A DNA stretch of 63,819 bases, the filler included, from Rozella allomycis CSF55 (lineage: Eukaryota), in the NCBI GenBank assembly GCA_000442015.1. It is 7 parts of 7 records of this genome, joined end to end, with 100 filler letters (N's around TTAATTAATTAA, not from the genome) between each part and the next. Parts side by side here need not be neighbours in the genome. Positions count along the whole stretch, not along the records: positions 1 to 23,587 come from KE561060.1; positions 23,688 to 34,874 come from KE561072.1; 5 more parts are not named here. One strand, written 5' to 3'. The first letter of the stretch is position 1; every line of letters begins with the position of its first letter. The notes under the pieces are model-generated. The model was not told the origin of the DNA. It saw only the letters and a program-made list of their open reading frames with translations, and did no database searches. The position numbers and the translations under genes are program-made. Shown here one piece after another: positions 13,517-25,723 of this stretch.

Positions 13517-16458
13517 ATGCCGTTCACAATTGAATCGTCGGGACATTACTGCATTTTGGATTTTTCCGATGTTCAATGTGACGAATTCTGACGTGAATGT
13601 CGTCTTTTCTTACTTTGGTTCTTCCCCAACAACAGGTTTAACAAATGAACAAGTAGATCAGAGACTGAAAGAATCAGGATACAACGAATTTAACGAAGAC
13701 AAAACAGAGACAATTTTATCTAGAATATTAGATCAACTAAAGAATCCTTTAGTACTTTTGTTACTTGGTTCCGCAATCATATCTGTTTTTATAGGAGAGT
13801 ATGAAAATGCGTTTAGCATTATTGCTGTAAGAAAATGCAATGAATGTAGTGTTAGGCTGTCACTATTGTGTCTGCAGTTGCTATAATTCAGGAATACAGA
13901 TCAGAAAAAAGCTTAAATTCATTGAAAAAACTGGTACCACATGAGTGCACAGTTATACGTGAAGGGAGAATGTGTCACATCAATTCTACATTTTTNCATG
14001 AATGTAGTGTTAGGCTGTCACTATTGTGTCTGCGGTTGCTATAATTCAGGAATATAGATCAGAAAAAAGCTTAAATTCATTGAAAAAACTGGTGCCACAT
14101 GAATGCACAGTTATACGTGAAGGGAGAATGTGTCACATCAATTCTACATTTTTGGTAGTTGGCGATATTGTGTTGCTAGCTCTTGGTGATCGAGTTCCAG
14201 CGGACCTGAGACTGATAGAAGTAATTTTCACAATAATTGTTTAGGAGGCGGTAGATTTGGAAATCGATGAAAGTATGTTGACAGGTGAAAATAAACCACG
14301 AAGAAAGTCGGTTGAAGATAAAGAAAGAAATACGGCGTTTATGGGTACATTGATTAGGCATGGGCATGGAATGGGAATTGTTATTGCCACTGCTGTTGAT
14401 ACGGAGTTTGGAAAAGTTTTTCAAATGTAAAAAGACAATTTGATGATTAAAGGATGCGAGACACTGAGGATGCAAAGACTCCTTTGCAAATGAAAATGGA
14501 TTTTCTTGGAAGGCAATTGTCACTGATTTCTTTTGGTATTATCGCACTTATTTTAGTTATTGGTTTGATTCAAAAGAGGCCATGGCTGGAAATGTTTACT
14601 GTAGCTGTTAGTTTAGCAGTTGCAGCCATACCCGAAGGGCTACCTATTGTAGTCACTGTTACTTTGGCACTTGGTGTAATTAGAATGGCAAAGAAGAATG
14701 TTATTGTGAAAAAGATGCTATGTTGGAATCGCTTGGTTGCATTGATACGTTATGTCTTGATAAAGTAAAATGTTATTTTTTTAAAGAGAGACTGGGACTA
14801 TTACGTTGAATAAAATGACTGCGACTAAAATATTCCTACCTTCAAACAAGTCGGTCATCAATGCCGAAGATACCAAACTTGACGAATCGACTAGAAGACT
14901 TTTATTAATAGCTAATTTATGCAACAATGCCTATTTTGTCAAAGATGAAGTTTTGGGAAACGCAACAGAATCAGCGCTTCTTCGATTGTGTTTACAAGTT
15001 GGATTAGAAGATGAAAGAATAAATTATGATAAAGTTGATGAGATTCCATTTTCCTCTGAAACAAAATTTATGGCTGTTAAATGTGCTCATAAAATATCTA
15101 AAGAAGAAATGTATTATGTTAAAGGTTCATTTGCTACAATTATTCAACGATGTCCTCATTTAGATGAAGATATGAAAAAGGAATATTATTTTCAATATCA
15201 AATTCTTTGTTCTCAAGGTCTGAGAGTTTTAGCTTTTGGATTTGGACCATCAATAAACTTTTTGGAATTTTCGGGATTTATTGCTTCACTTGACCCACCA
15301 AGACCAAATGCAGCTAAAACAATTAATAAACTTCAAAAGATTGGAGTTAGAGTAGTTATGATTACTGGTGATTCTAAAGAAACTGCAGAAAGTATTGCCA
15401 GATCTGTTGGGATTCAATTCAGCGGATTAAATTGTTCAGTATCTGGATCAGAGTTGGAAGCGATGCCAGAGCACATGTTGGTCAATCAAGCTCCACATAT
15501 TTCAGTCATTTATAGAGCTACACCAAAAAATAAAATGGAGTTCATTAAAGCGTTGCAGTCTAAAGGACATGTGGTTGGAATGTCTGGAGATGGCGTCAAC
15601 GATAGTAAACTTTGCACTTACAACTAATAAGGTCCTGCATTAAAAGTAGCAGACATTGGAATATCGATGGGTGAAAGTGGAACGGATGTGTCTCGTGAAG
15701 CAGCTAAAATTATTCTAGTGAAAGATGATTTAAGTTGCTTTCTGGATGGGATTGAAGAAGGGAAATCTATTTATCACAACGTTAGAGGATTTTTAAGATT
15801 CCAATTAAGTACTAGCATTGCTGCATTAATGTTAATTTCTGTTTCTACGTTGTTTGGCTTCCCAAGTCCATTAAATGCCACTCAAATCTTATGGATAAAT
15901 ATTATAATGGATGGACCACCCGCGCAGAGTCTTGGTGTAGAGCCTGTTGATCCTCAAGTATTCAAAGAACCCCCAAGAAATAGAGATGCTGCAATTTTGA
16001 CTTTTGCTTTGCTAAAAAGAATATTCTTATCTTCTTTTATCATTTTACTTGGCTCTTTATTTATTTTCATATCCGAATTGAAAGATGGAAAGGTACCTTC
16101 ATCCCTTTGTTTAAATAAATAGGTCACTTCTAGAGACACAACAATGACTTTTACTACTTTTGTCATGTTTGGAATGTTCAACGTAATTTCCTGTAGATCA
16201 GAAACTAAATCAATCACTAAACTTGGCATTTTTACAAACATTCCCCTTTTGCTCTCTATTGTTGGTTCCTTGTTGGCCCAGCTCGTTGTTATCTACGTCC
16301 CTTTCTTTCAAAGAATATTCTTAACAGAACCAATTTACATATGGGACATTTTGAAAATCGTGTTCTTATCGTCTTCTTTACTACTTATTGAAGAATTCAT
16401 TAAAGCTATTAGAAGATCTAGAAGTAACCAGAATTACGTGTTAATCAGCCCTATATAA
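13517..16458 (+). CDS. PMR1: P-type IIA Ca2+/Mn2+ ATPase, secretory-pathway type (multi-exon; start uncertain)
   Basis: [36 protein letters not shown] (split by intron), MITGD, GDGVND and [21 protein letters not shown] (SPCA/PMR1-type). Assembly duplication at n 13996; apparent 1-nt frameshift near 14720. Confidence 0.93.
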
Positions 16459-17702
16459 ATAAATTATAAATTGTTTTTAGATTATTACAAGGTTTACTAA
16501 TTACCCTTACAGATAAGAGATAATCATAAATTGATGCCAACGCCTTGGTAATTAGCTATATTATCAGACCTAATCTATTGCCTATTTAAATGGTGAAATC
16601 AACCTGACCTAGATTGCGCTCTTTCAAAATTTTGCGACAGCGGCAATTCGCGTAACGTCTCCTCGGGCCTCCTCCTGGCTGAATTAAAACGTATTTACTC
16701 AGAAACGACCTATATAAAGGGGGATATTAAGTTCAATTTTTGTTCAGTACAAATGCTCTGCTAATTAATTGATGATTGTGACATTAGTAATGAAGGATCT
16801 GAAAGAAATATTGTTTATTTTGGCGAAGAGCTACTACACGAATGTCAATATTTCTACCGCGAAACCCCACCTCATACTCTATTCCCGGGGTCAGAGCTAA
16901 GCGAGGACGTTCATTTTGCTGGTTTATTGGCTAGTGCTTTTTAAAGACCATTTCCTGATATCTTGCCGGCTATATCTAATGCATTAATCGATTTATTCTT
17001 TATGTCTTTGGCAATTAAACCTAGGCTGTCACAAACCCGCAAGGCTCCCGGTCTACCATTTATCAATTATTTCGCGCTTTGGCTACTGCAAATATAATAT
17101 GTCATATGATACTAACTTGCTTGATTGCGATCGCTATTCAAATACAATTGGCAACAAAGTCCAATTTCTTATGTTATAAATGGCAGCCATCAACATCAGT
17201 GGAAAGCAGTCATTTATCTTGAACGACATCAAAAGAGAAATTAGAAATGGGGAAATGTCACTCATATTTTGAACATTAAGATATCGAATCAACCAGATAG
17301 TGACACCGGAGGTCGTGTCCGACAAAGAATTTTCAGCATTGTCGTACCTAGCCCATGGGGGACACCTGTAGTAAGGTCGGATATCAAACNTATAATTCAT
17401 TGTTCCAAAGCTATTACAGGGATTTGTCTCTTTTTGACCGGCTTGAAATAGCAGAGGGAATAGTGGACAAAATGGAGAGACATAACTTTGGGTATATTCC
17501 GAAACGATAAACACAAAAGGCCCCATATCAGTACTGTTTGAATATTGCAGAAATTAAATTGGTTACCACCAAAGCGGAGCACTTAAAATTTTCGTTGGCT
17601 GAAAGTTAAAATATTAAAGGCAAAAAACAATCTCTCGATAAACAGGAATAAAGTTTATAATTCTTGAAAGCTTTACATTGGGCTGATGATGGTGGCTGAC
17701 AG

Positions 17703-17775
17703 TGAAATGAAATGAAATGAAATGAAATGAATGAAATGAAATGAAATGAATGAAATGAAATGAAATGAAATGAAA
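17703..17775. repeat. (GAAAT)n pentanucleotide microsatellite
   Basis: About 15 tandem TGAAA units read directly. Confidence 0.9.
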
Positions 17776-18587
17776 ATTTATTTACGAGAGGGTTCCGGTC
17801 GCATCAACCANCACACATTATTATATCCATTAACATTTAGCTTATACATAATAATCAAGTAATCATCCAGTTTGATGCTTGGCTGCACATTATTATCATA
17901 TACATACTATAAAGAATGANATTAATTAAGATGCAGTATTTTTAAAAAAAACCATTGTGCTCTTTTGACTGTTTATCCCTTAATCGCTTTTTCCCACAAA
18001 TATTCCCACACCACAATGTTTGTTTCAAATAATTCTTCACCTCGTTATATTTAATCACTAATTAGTCATACACATTCCAAAATAATCATCGGTTTAGATG
18101 AACCTCTCTTTTCTTGTAAAANTTTTTTAAATTTTAGTTAAGCGCAAGTATGGAGTACCGATGCCTCTCAAGGCAATTGCAAAATCATATCATGATTACC
18201 ATCTGGTATGTATATTATAGTATTAGTTTTATCTATGCGAGAAATTCGAACACAATTCAGTTTCTTAATACGAGCGAAGCGAGTACAACCGCTAGTNCAT
18301 TATTATCCCATCTATACTACAAGCTTGGTACTTTACTTCCGGGATAATTAAGATAATCAACATTTTCATGAATGGAACTATCGAAACAGATAGGAAATTT
18401 CATTATCTTAAAACGCCTNAATTATGATTATATATATGTACAAAAAATGGTACTTATCTCCGGGATAAACTTCATTTTCAGGAATGGAACTATCGAAACA
18501 GATAGGAAATTTCATTATCNAATAAAGTTTTTCTGTGCATGATTTTTTTGTTGATTAAGCGGTACGATTTTGTGGCTTGTCGCAAAA

Positions 18588-18753
18588 ATGAGTTTGAACG
18601 AGTTTGCAGAGAACGATGACTTTATAGCTTTTGACTTTGAAGAAGAAGAAGACCCAGAAACTACTGTGAATTCAAAAAAGCGGAAAAGAGAAGATTTGAG
18701 GGATTCTAACATTGGCACTGTTAGTCTTTTGAAGGACTCTCCTTGGTGGACAG
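18588..18753 (+). other. Fragment resembling the N-terminus of Trf4/Trf5 non-canonical poly(A) polymerase
   Basis: MSLNEFAENDDFIAFDFEEEED..KKRKRE..PWW recalls the fungal Trf4 N-terminal DFIAF...PW pattern. Truncated at an n join. Confidence 0.35.
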
Positions 18754-19325
18754 NGCAAATAATCACATATAATAATCGGGTCTCCATTCCGTATGAGACT
18801 TGCCATACACATTGTTATATCCACATGAACACCCATATAATAATCAAGTGATCACTCNCGGAGTTTTATAATCGACCTTACTACAGGTGTCCCGCCCATG
18901 GGCTAGGTAGGACATAAATAATCATTATTCACAAAATATAGAATTGAATGATATTAAAGTCATATTTTTTATATATCAACTCTTTTTATTGACTAGAAGT
19001 TGTACTCGATTCGCTCGCATTAAAACGTCATATTTCTCGCATTGATAAAACCTAAAGATGATAAACATCGTCTATCGTATGAGAGGGTCTGTACTTCATA
19101 CTTGCGCTTAACAAAAAACATTTTGTCTAACGGTTTTCATCGCATTAATAGACNTTCAGCACATCGGCAGCGTTGGCTGTGGCTTTTCTTTTTTGTAGTA
19201 GAGCGTTTCAAATTTGGATGACAAACCTAACCCAGTTGCAGAGACCGATTTTGGTACTTATATCACCTGACTGATTCTTTCATTTAGCAATCTTCTTTCT
19301 ATATCATCGATTGTCAAATGCGTGN

Positions 19326-19435
19326 TCAATATGCAAAATATTGAAACTAATGTGGTATATCACAGGCTCAAATTAAAGATCAGTTTCACATTGGCAAAAA
19401 GGAATGCATCCATGATTCTGAGAAGACTGGCATAA
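19326..19435 (+). mobile_element. 3' end of a CRE/R2-like (restriction-like endonuclease) non-LTR retrotransposon
   Basis: Encodes LKLKISFTLAKRNASMILRRLA*, homologous to 53896-54120. Confidence 0.5.
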
Positions 19436-20151
19436 ATACCTTAAATAAAATTAGTTTTGCTTTCATATGTACGTAAAATTTATTTTTTTCCTTTCTTCTT
19501 TTTGTTGAAATTAAAATCCAAAGAATCAAAATTTACGAGCTTGAAATCTCAATGGAACACTANATTAATAGACTTAAAATATCCGGGTTCGCACGCTAGC
19601 TAGCATATAAGGCCCCGGGTTTGCACGCTATCGACCATAGTTAGGGAACTTAGGGTTTGTACTCGCTTCAACAGACTAATAAACAGAATTTTGTTTATTT
19701 ACGCATTCCATTAGGTTTGGAATAAGCAAGCATTCACAAAAAAATATGTCGCTCATTAATATTTGGCATCATGAAGGTTCAAGTTTATTGTACTCGCTTC
19801 TCTCGCATTAAAAATGGATTGTGTTCGTTATAGATAAAACCGATACCTCATACTTGCGCTTAACTAAAAAAGTTTGTTTCTAGGGTTGTCCTCATAGATC
19901 GCATATGTTTTTCACGGGTTCGCACGCCAGTCGAGGCTTTGCGCTTCACTCACTTTCACTGTTTCACATTGAAAAAGTGTTTTTTATAGACTATTTTCCT
20001 GATGATAAGGCGAGATTAACAACTAACAAAGCGAAGTTTTGTTTATTTACCCATTGAATTGACTATTTTATCCACATCCGAAACTCTTAAAGCTCAGACA
20101 ACAACGTATAAGCATTCATAATAAAAAATACTACTCATTATTGGCAATATN

Positions 20152-20415
20152 TCGTTACTACTCAACTCTTTTTAAGGTTTTAATAAGTTTTCTTTTATTA
20201 ATTGACTAATAATAATAAGAAAAATCAAATCAATCCATACTAAGAAAATACAATTTATTAATTTTAAGAGAGTTATGAGCTTGAATAGGAATCCAGATTC
20301 TTAATTTTAATAAATGTGTTTTCTTATTATGGATTGATTTGTTATTTCTTATTATTATTAATTAATTCCTAAAGAAAAACTTAATAAAACTTGAAAAGAG
20401 TTTGAGTAGTAACGA
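20152..20415. repeat. Long imperfect inverted repeat (foldback/MITE-like)
   Basis: TCGTTACTACTCAACTCTTTT... pairs with ...AAAAGAGTTTGAGTAGTAACGA; ~118-bp arms around a ~30-bp spacer. Confidence 0.8.
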
Positions 20416-21296
20416 TTGTTTATTTATTNATTTGCGCTTGATTGAAAAGTTTGTTTCTAAATTCTAGCTAAACATTAATAGATTTTCATATGTTTTTTAA
20501 CACATCCGTTATACTCGCTTCTCTTGCAAGTCGCATTAAAAATGAATTGTGTTCAGATTTTTCTCGCATAGATAAAACTGATAGAAACAGAAAATATCAT
20601 CAGCAAAAGAAAATGCCCTTAAATATGAAAATCNTACTCCGTATTTGCGCTTAACAAAAAATACTTGTTTCTAGCGGTTGTTCTTGCGTCAGTTCACATA
20701 AAGGATTACACAGGTATTGTTATCACAGCCGGGTTCGCGTGCCATAGTTGGGTTTGTACTCACTTTACTCGCATTCACATTGAGAAAATGCTTTTTATAG
20801 ACTATTGAACTTTGTAAAAGGCGCCACTAACAATTTGAGGGTCTATACCCGCTTCACTCGCTATCACGTTGAAAAAATGCGTTGAAAAAATGTTTTTTAT
20901 ACACATTAGACTATGGTACTGAGGCTAAGGCGAGACTAACAACTAACAAGGCCAAGCATTGTTTATTTACCCATTGCATTGTATTGACTATTTTATCCGC
21001 ACGCATGATACATCAGAAACGCTTAAAGAGTAGTTTGGGCTCAGACGACAACGTATTAGCATTCAAAATAAAGAATACCACTCATTGTTGGCATCATGGA
21101 AGGTTCATCTATATTCTTGACAGCCAAGCAACTCCGCTTTTTGTATTACAGACATTATGTAGGACGTTAACTTTTAGTTATTTTTCTTCAGAGATTTAAA
21201 TGATGGATGAAAATCATCAAATATTTACGCATAGAGAATTAAGGGATTAGGGAATTCTGTAAATTTCCTAGTCACATTTTTTGTTGCTTGCACTTT

Positions 21297-21933
21297 ATGA
21301 CCACTCTACGCCTGTTGAAACCAATCGATTTATTGAAACTTCAAAACATTAACTTAGATTATTTAACGGAAAACGTACAGATATCAACTATTAATTTGTA
21401 GTATACAATTGGATACTATTTGAATTATTTATTACGATGGCCGAAGTATTTTATTATCGCAGAAAACATCCACAAACGACCAATGGGTTATAGTAAATAT
21501 ATAAAAATCTATTTACATATGTCATGGGAAAAGTAGAAGGTTTGGAGAAAAGTTGGCATGGCCATGTATCTGCCTTGTCTGTGGCGTTTGAGTATAGACG
21601 CTTAGGAGTTGCTTCTTTCTTAATGACGTTTCTGGAGAATGTTACAGATAAAATGTATGTTATGCTGTAGTTTGTAATAACAGAGATGGTGGCTACTTTG
21701 TCGACCTTTTTGTTAGAAGAAATAACCAATCAGCTGTGGATTTTTATCATAAAATCGGTTACACCATATATAGAGAGGTTTTGAATTATTACTGCGACGG
21801 CGAAAACGCTTATGGTATACTGTATGTATTTGCCCAAATAGACATGCGAAAACCAATGGACAGGGATATTTTTAAAGATAGTTTACGCAACTCAGGTGCG
21901 AAAGTAACAGTGGATGAGCTTACATTTAATTAA
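21297..21933 (+). CDS. NAT3: NatB N-terminal acetyltransferase catalytic subunit (NAA20), multi-exon
   Basis: MTTLR..NINLDYLTEN|Y...W, YVMGKVEG..WHGHVSALSVAFEYRRLG, FVDLFVRRNN..AVDFYHKIGYTIYREVLNYY..ENAY|DMRKPM. Confidence 0.9.
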
Positions 21934-21954
21934 TAAATTTTCATAAATTCAATA

Positions 21955-23309
21955 ATGCCAATTACCCTAAAAAACTATTCTTTCACCCAAACTGAAAAGT
22001 ATGTACATGTAAGCATACCCTTTCCGAAGCTGGTGACTCCGAAAAAAATGGAGATATACTGTACTAATTATGTCATTAGTTAAGAAGGCGACAACTTGTT
22101 TGTAAAAATCAACCACCATCCGTACATCTTTGAACTTGATTTGGCGAAAGAAATTAATCATGAAGATTCAACATGTGTTTTTAGAGATAATATTGCATAC
22201 TTTACTTTGGTGAAATGTACTGAAGAAATTTGGCCCCAGTTGGAATGGAAGTCAAGCGACTTTGGAGAAAGGCTTAAGAGGCGTAACGATTCGCACGCGA
22301 AATTCATTGAATATCACAAATTGGTAAAGTGAACCATGGTCAATCAGAAGAAATCAGTGGAAAGAAAAGAAACCTTGTCTATGACCAAACAAAATCTAAT
22401 AAAGAATCAAATGAAATTGGAAGATGAAGAAAGAAAGCTATATGAATACAGAATACAACAGGAGATACGATCTGCATTTGTAATTCTTCAATAATTGTAA
22501 CATAGGCAAAGGATGATGATGAATGGGAAGAAATCGAGTATTTTGAAGATGCATCTAATGATTTTGATGTTTCAGAAGCACCAGAGTCTGTAAATACTAT
22601 AATTAGGAAGATTACGATGCCATCTATTAGAGAAAATGCAACAATTTCCGTTAAGTTTACTAAAATTGAGCAAATGCCACAGCAATCTGTAGCTAGAAGT
22701 TCGATAAACGGTAATTAAGCAAATTAATATGAAATAGATATGAAAAACAGGCTAAACGATTCTAGGATGTCTATGGGTAAATTTCTTTGACCTCTTGTAA
22801 ACTAAAGACAAATTATGGAAAAAGGCTATTGCATTCATAGATAATCAAAATTACCATTCTGCCATAAATGTCTTAACCGAGATTATCGACAAAAGATTTG
22901 ATTTTTTAGAGTAATTGTTACAAATCAATACAAGTTTTAGGGCTAGAATCAAAAGATCTTATTGTTATAAATCGTTAGAGCAATATGATAATTCATTAAA
23001 TGATAGTGCCCTCGCTCTTCAAATTTTGGACTCAAAATCTTTGAGAGATTTTGGTGACGGAACTCTTGAAAGGCCATTCAACACTAACCCAGATATGATT
23101 CAAGAAGAAGAATTCCGTGATAAGCAAAGGGCAATGCTTTTCTTAGAGAGAGCTTCCGTTTTCGTCTCTTTAAATGATAAAAAGAATGGTAATGATATAT
23201 TTTCGACTAGAAAGCACAATTTGAAATAGAGAGGGCCATGAAATTAAAGAAAATTGATGAAAAGATTCAAGACGATATAAAAGAAATAAAGTTAAAATTA
23301 GTATCGTGA
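21955..23309 (+). CDS. DNAAF4: Dynein axonemal assembly factor 4 (DYX1C1/PF23)-like, CS domain plus TPR, multi-exon
   Basis: MPITLKNYSFTQT..FVKINHHPYIFELDLAKEINHEDSTCVFRDNIAYFTLVK..W resembles the DYX1C1 CS domain; PSIRENATISVKFT motif; C-terminal TPR-like helices. Confidence 0.75.
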
Positions 23310-23524
23310 CATTCCTTATTTTTGCATTACATGATCGACTGTCATAAACCATAAAACATGACCTAATAATAGCATTATAGCAATATCATATTTTGATTAT
23401 TTAAATTACACAATCTAAATCTATTAATGATTAAATTACGCTAATTTTTGTATTTCGGTTAATTACCATCTACCAAGCCACTGGGCCAGGGTGTGCAAAG
23501 GTATAAATAGGAAAGCACCAAGGC

Positions 23525-23587
23525 ATGGGTATCGAATTTAGTAATGCAAGAAGAAGTCGCCGCACTCGTTATTGACAATGGTTCTGG
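23525..23587 (+). CDS. ACT1: Actin, 5' fragment cut by gap
   Basis: EEVAALVIDNGSG. Start is either ATG 23544 or ATG 23525 followed by a short intron. TATAAATA upstream at ~23502. Confidence 0.85.
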
Positions 23588-23687
23588 NNNNNNNNNNNNN
23601 NNNNNNNNNNNNNNNNNNNNNNNNNNNNNNNTTAATTAATTAANNNNNNNNNNNNNNNNNNNNNNNNNNNNNNNNNNNNNNNNNNNN
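23588..23687. other. Artificial scaffold linker N-TTAATTAATTAA-N (also at 34919, 52789, 55387, 59852, 62183)
   Basis: Identical 12-mer carrying stops in all six frames, embedded in N runs six times. Confidence 0.97.
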
Positions 23688-24919
23688 ATATATATATATA
23701 TTCTATATATATATATTTATTTATACTCCCCCTCATTTCTATTTTCTCCCCCTCAAAGATAGATTTATATACATTTATATACTTATTAATTACTATACAT
23801 CTTTATATATTTAATTTAATACACTTATATACCCCCCTATATATCTATTTATTAATACTATACATACTTTAATTATATACATTTATACATTTATTTATTT
23901 ATATATCTATTAATATATACTCTATACACTTAATTAATTATTTTATATATCTATATTTATATATATTACCTATAACCTAATACATTAATATATTTATCTA
24001 TATAATTATCTATATATCTATTTCTATTTATTTATTATTACTTAAATAATAAATTTATATATCTTTATCTATTATCTATTATCTATATTTATATCCTACC
24101 TAAAAAATCTATATATCTATTCTATTTAAAATTATATAATTTTATACTTAAGACTTAATACATAAATATACTTATAATTATATATTCTTTATTAATACTT
24201 TTATGACTATTTTTATTTATTAGATACTATATATATATTAAAAACTTATTTACTCTATACTTATATATTTATATATATATATATTATTTAATCTTTCTAT
24301 ATATATATTATAATTATATATATTAACTTATTTAATTTATTATTCTATTACTAACTTATTATCCCTACAAAAAACTACATATATTTAATTATTAAATATC
24401 AATTATAAATAATTCTTTTATAAATTATTCATTTATATATTATCATTATAATATATATATCCTATACTATTTATATATTTAATTATATACTTTATTCAAT
24501 ACTTAAAACTAAATACATTTATATATATATATTTATTTATATACTTATATTATTATTTATTTATTATTATACACCTTATATTATTAATTTATATATTTAA
24601 ATACTTATATTATACCTATATTTATATATTTATATATTATTATATTATTATATTATTATATTACTCTATTATTATATTATTATATTATTATATTATATCT
24701 ATATCTATTACATTATATATTAATTATACATTATACCCTATACCTAAATCTATTTATATATATATATATTATTATATTAATCTATTATTATATATCCTAT
24801 ATATATCTTTATATATATCTTTATTAATATATTCCTATTAATATATTAATTATAAACTTATCTTTTTATATATTATATTATTAACTTACAGACTTAAAAA
24901 CTATATATTATTTACTATA

Positions 24920-24987
24920 GAGGTTATCTAGGTAGAATTATAGATTCATTATCTATTTATTGATAGGTTCAATTCCTATATACCTCA
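24920..24987 (+). tRNA. trnM: mt tRNA-Met (CAT) with reduced D arm
   Basis: Acceptor GAGGT/ACCTC, anticodon arm ATAGA-TTCATTA-TCTAT, T arm ATAGG-TTCAATT-CCTAT. Confidence 0.85.
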
Positions 24988-25000
24988 CAATATATTTATA

Positions 25001-25723
25001 ATGTTATATATTTATTATTTTAACTTATTAGAAATTAGTATATATCCAATTATATGTTGTATTATACTATATATTATATTATTTTCATTTATTATAAATA
25101 TAGAGTATTATATTAAGATTTATATATTCATTATGGAATTTATTATTATATTTATTATAATATATTTATGATTATTAGATATAGACATTGAAATAGAGAA
25201 TACATTTATTTATTGGAAAGATTATATTTTATATGGATTTATTTGATACATAGTAAGTGAATTAATTATATTTCTTACAATATTCATTAGTTATTTATAT
25301 TATTTATTTAATTCATCAATATTTACATTTAATAATTATTCTATTTACTTAACCTATTCTAAAATAGGTTTATCTATATTAAATTTATTTATTATTATCC
25401 TAGGAGGATCATTTATGACTATTAATTATTATAGTGATATTATTAACAATATAGAAGAATTATCTATAGATTCACAAATATTATTATTATTTAGTTACAT
25501 TCAATATATAGAATATTATATATCATTATTATCAATTACAGATAGTATATATGGGAGTATATTTTATTGTATTACAGGGTTACATGGTATTCATATGTTT
25601 ATTAATAATTATATTATTATATATTCAAAATCAGAAATAATTTTAATTAATAATAACTTACTTTATATTAATATTCATTTTTTAGACATTATTTTTATTA
25701 TCATTTATTTAATTATTTACTAA
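25001..25723 (+). CDS. cox3: Cytochrome c oxidase subunit 3
   Basis: Open from ATG 25001 when TGA=Trp (YLWLLDIDIE; GFIWYIVSE). SITDSIYGSIFYCITGLHGIHM and HFLDII. Stop overlaps the cob ATG (TAATG). Confidence 0.9.

Larger units (their letters stand above)
18123..21100. mobile_element. Cluster of a dispersed non-autonomous repeat family with Helitron-like 3' ends
   Basis: Recurrent GTACTCGCTTCGCTCGCATT, CATACTTGCGCTTAAC and CTCAGACGACAACGTAT modules (also 4520-4790). Ends GAGCGAAGCGAGTACAAnnnCTAG|T at 18272-18296 (+) and 18992-19019 (-). Confidence 0.55.

Noticed and set aside
13837-14155. Apparent tandem duplications around single n bases (also near 154, 5184, 37172, 42070, 46687, 55140, 62532)
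   Set aside because: Near-identical overlaps flanking n are unmerged contig ends or allelic haplotypes, not demonstrable duplications.
14710-14730. Frameshift in PMR1 just before ESLGC..DKTGT as possible programmed frameshifting
   Set aside because: A single-base indel in a low-quality assembly with no slippery site or stimulatory structure; a consensus error is more likely.
16640-16915. HDV-like ribozyme suggested by GCC-TCCTCCT-GGC and a distant GCTAAGCGAGGACGTT
   Set aside because: No proper P1 helix or P1.1 GG follows; a TATA box and a decayed reading frame lie between the parts.
23632-23643. TTAATTAATTAA repeated six times, as a possible biological repeat or CRISPR-like array
   Set aside because: Always centred in N runs with stops in all frames; it is an assembly linker. 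Adjacency across linkers carries no biological meaning.
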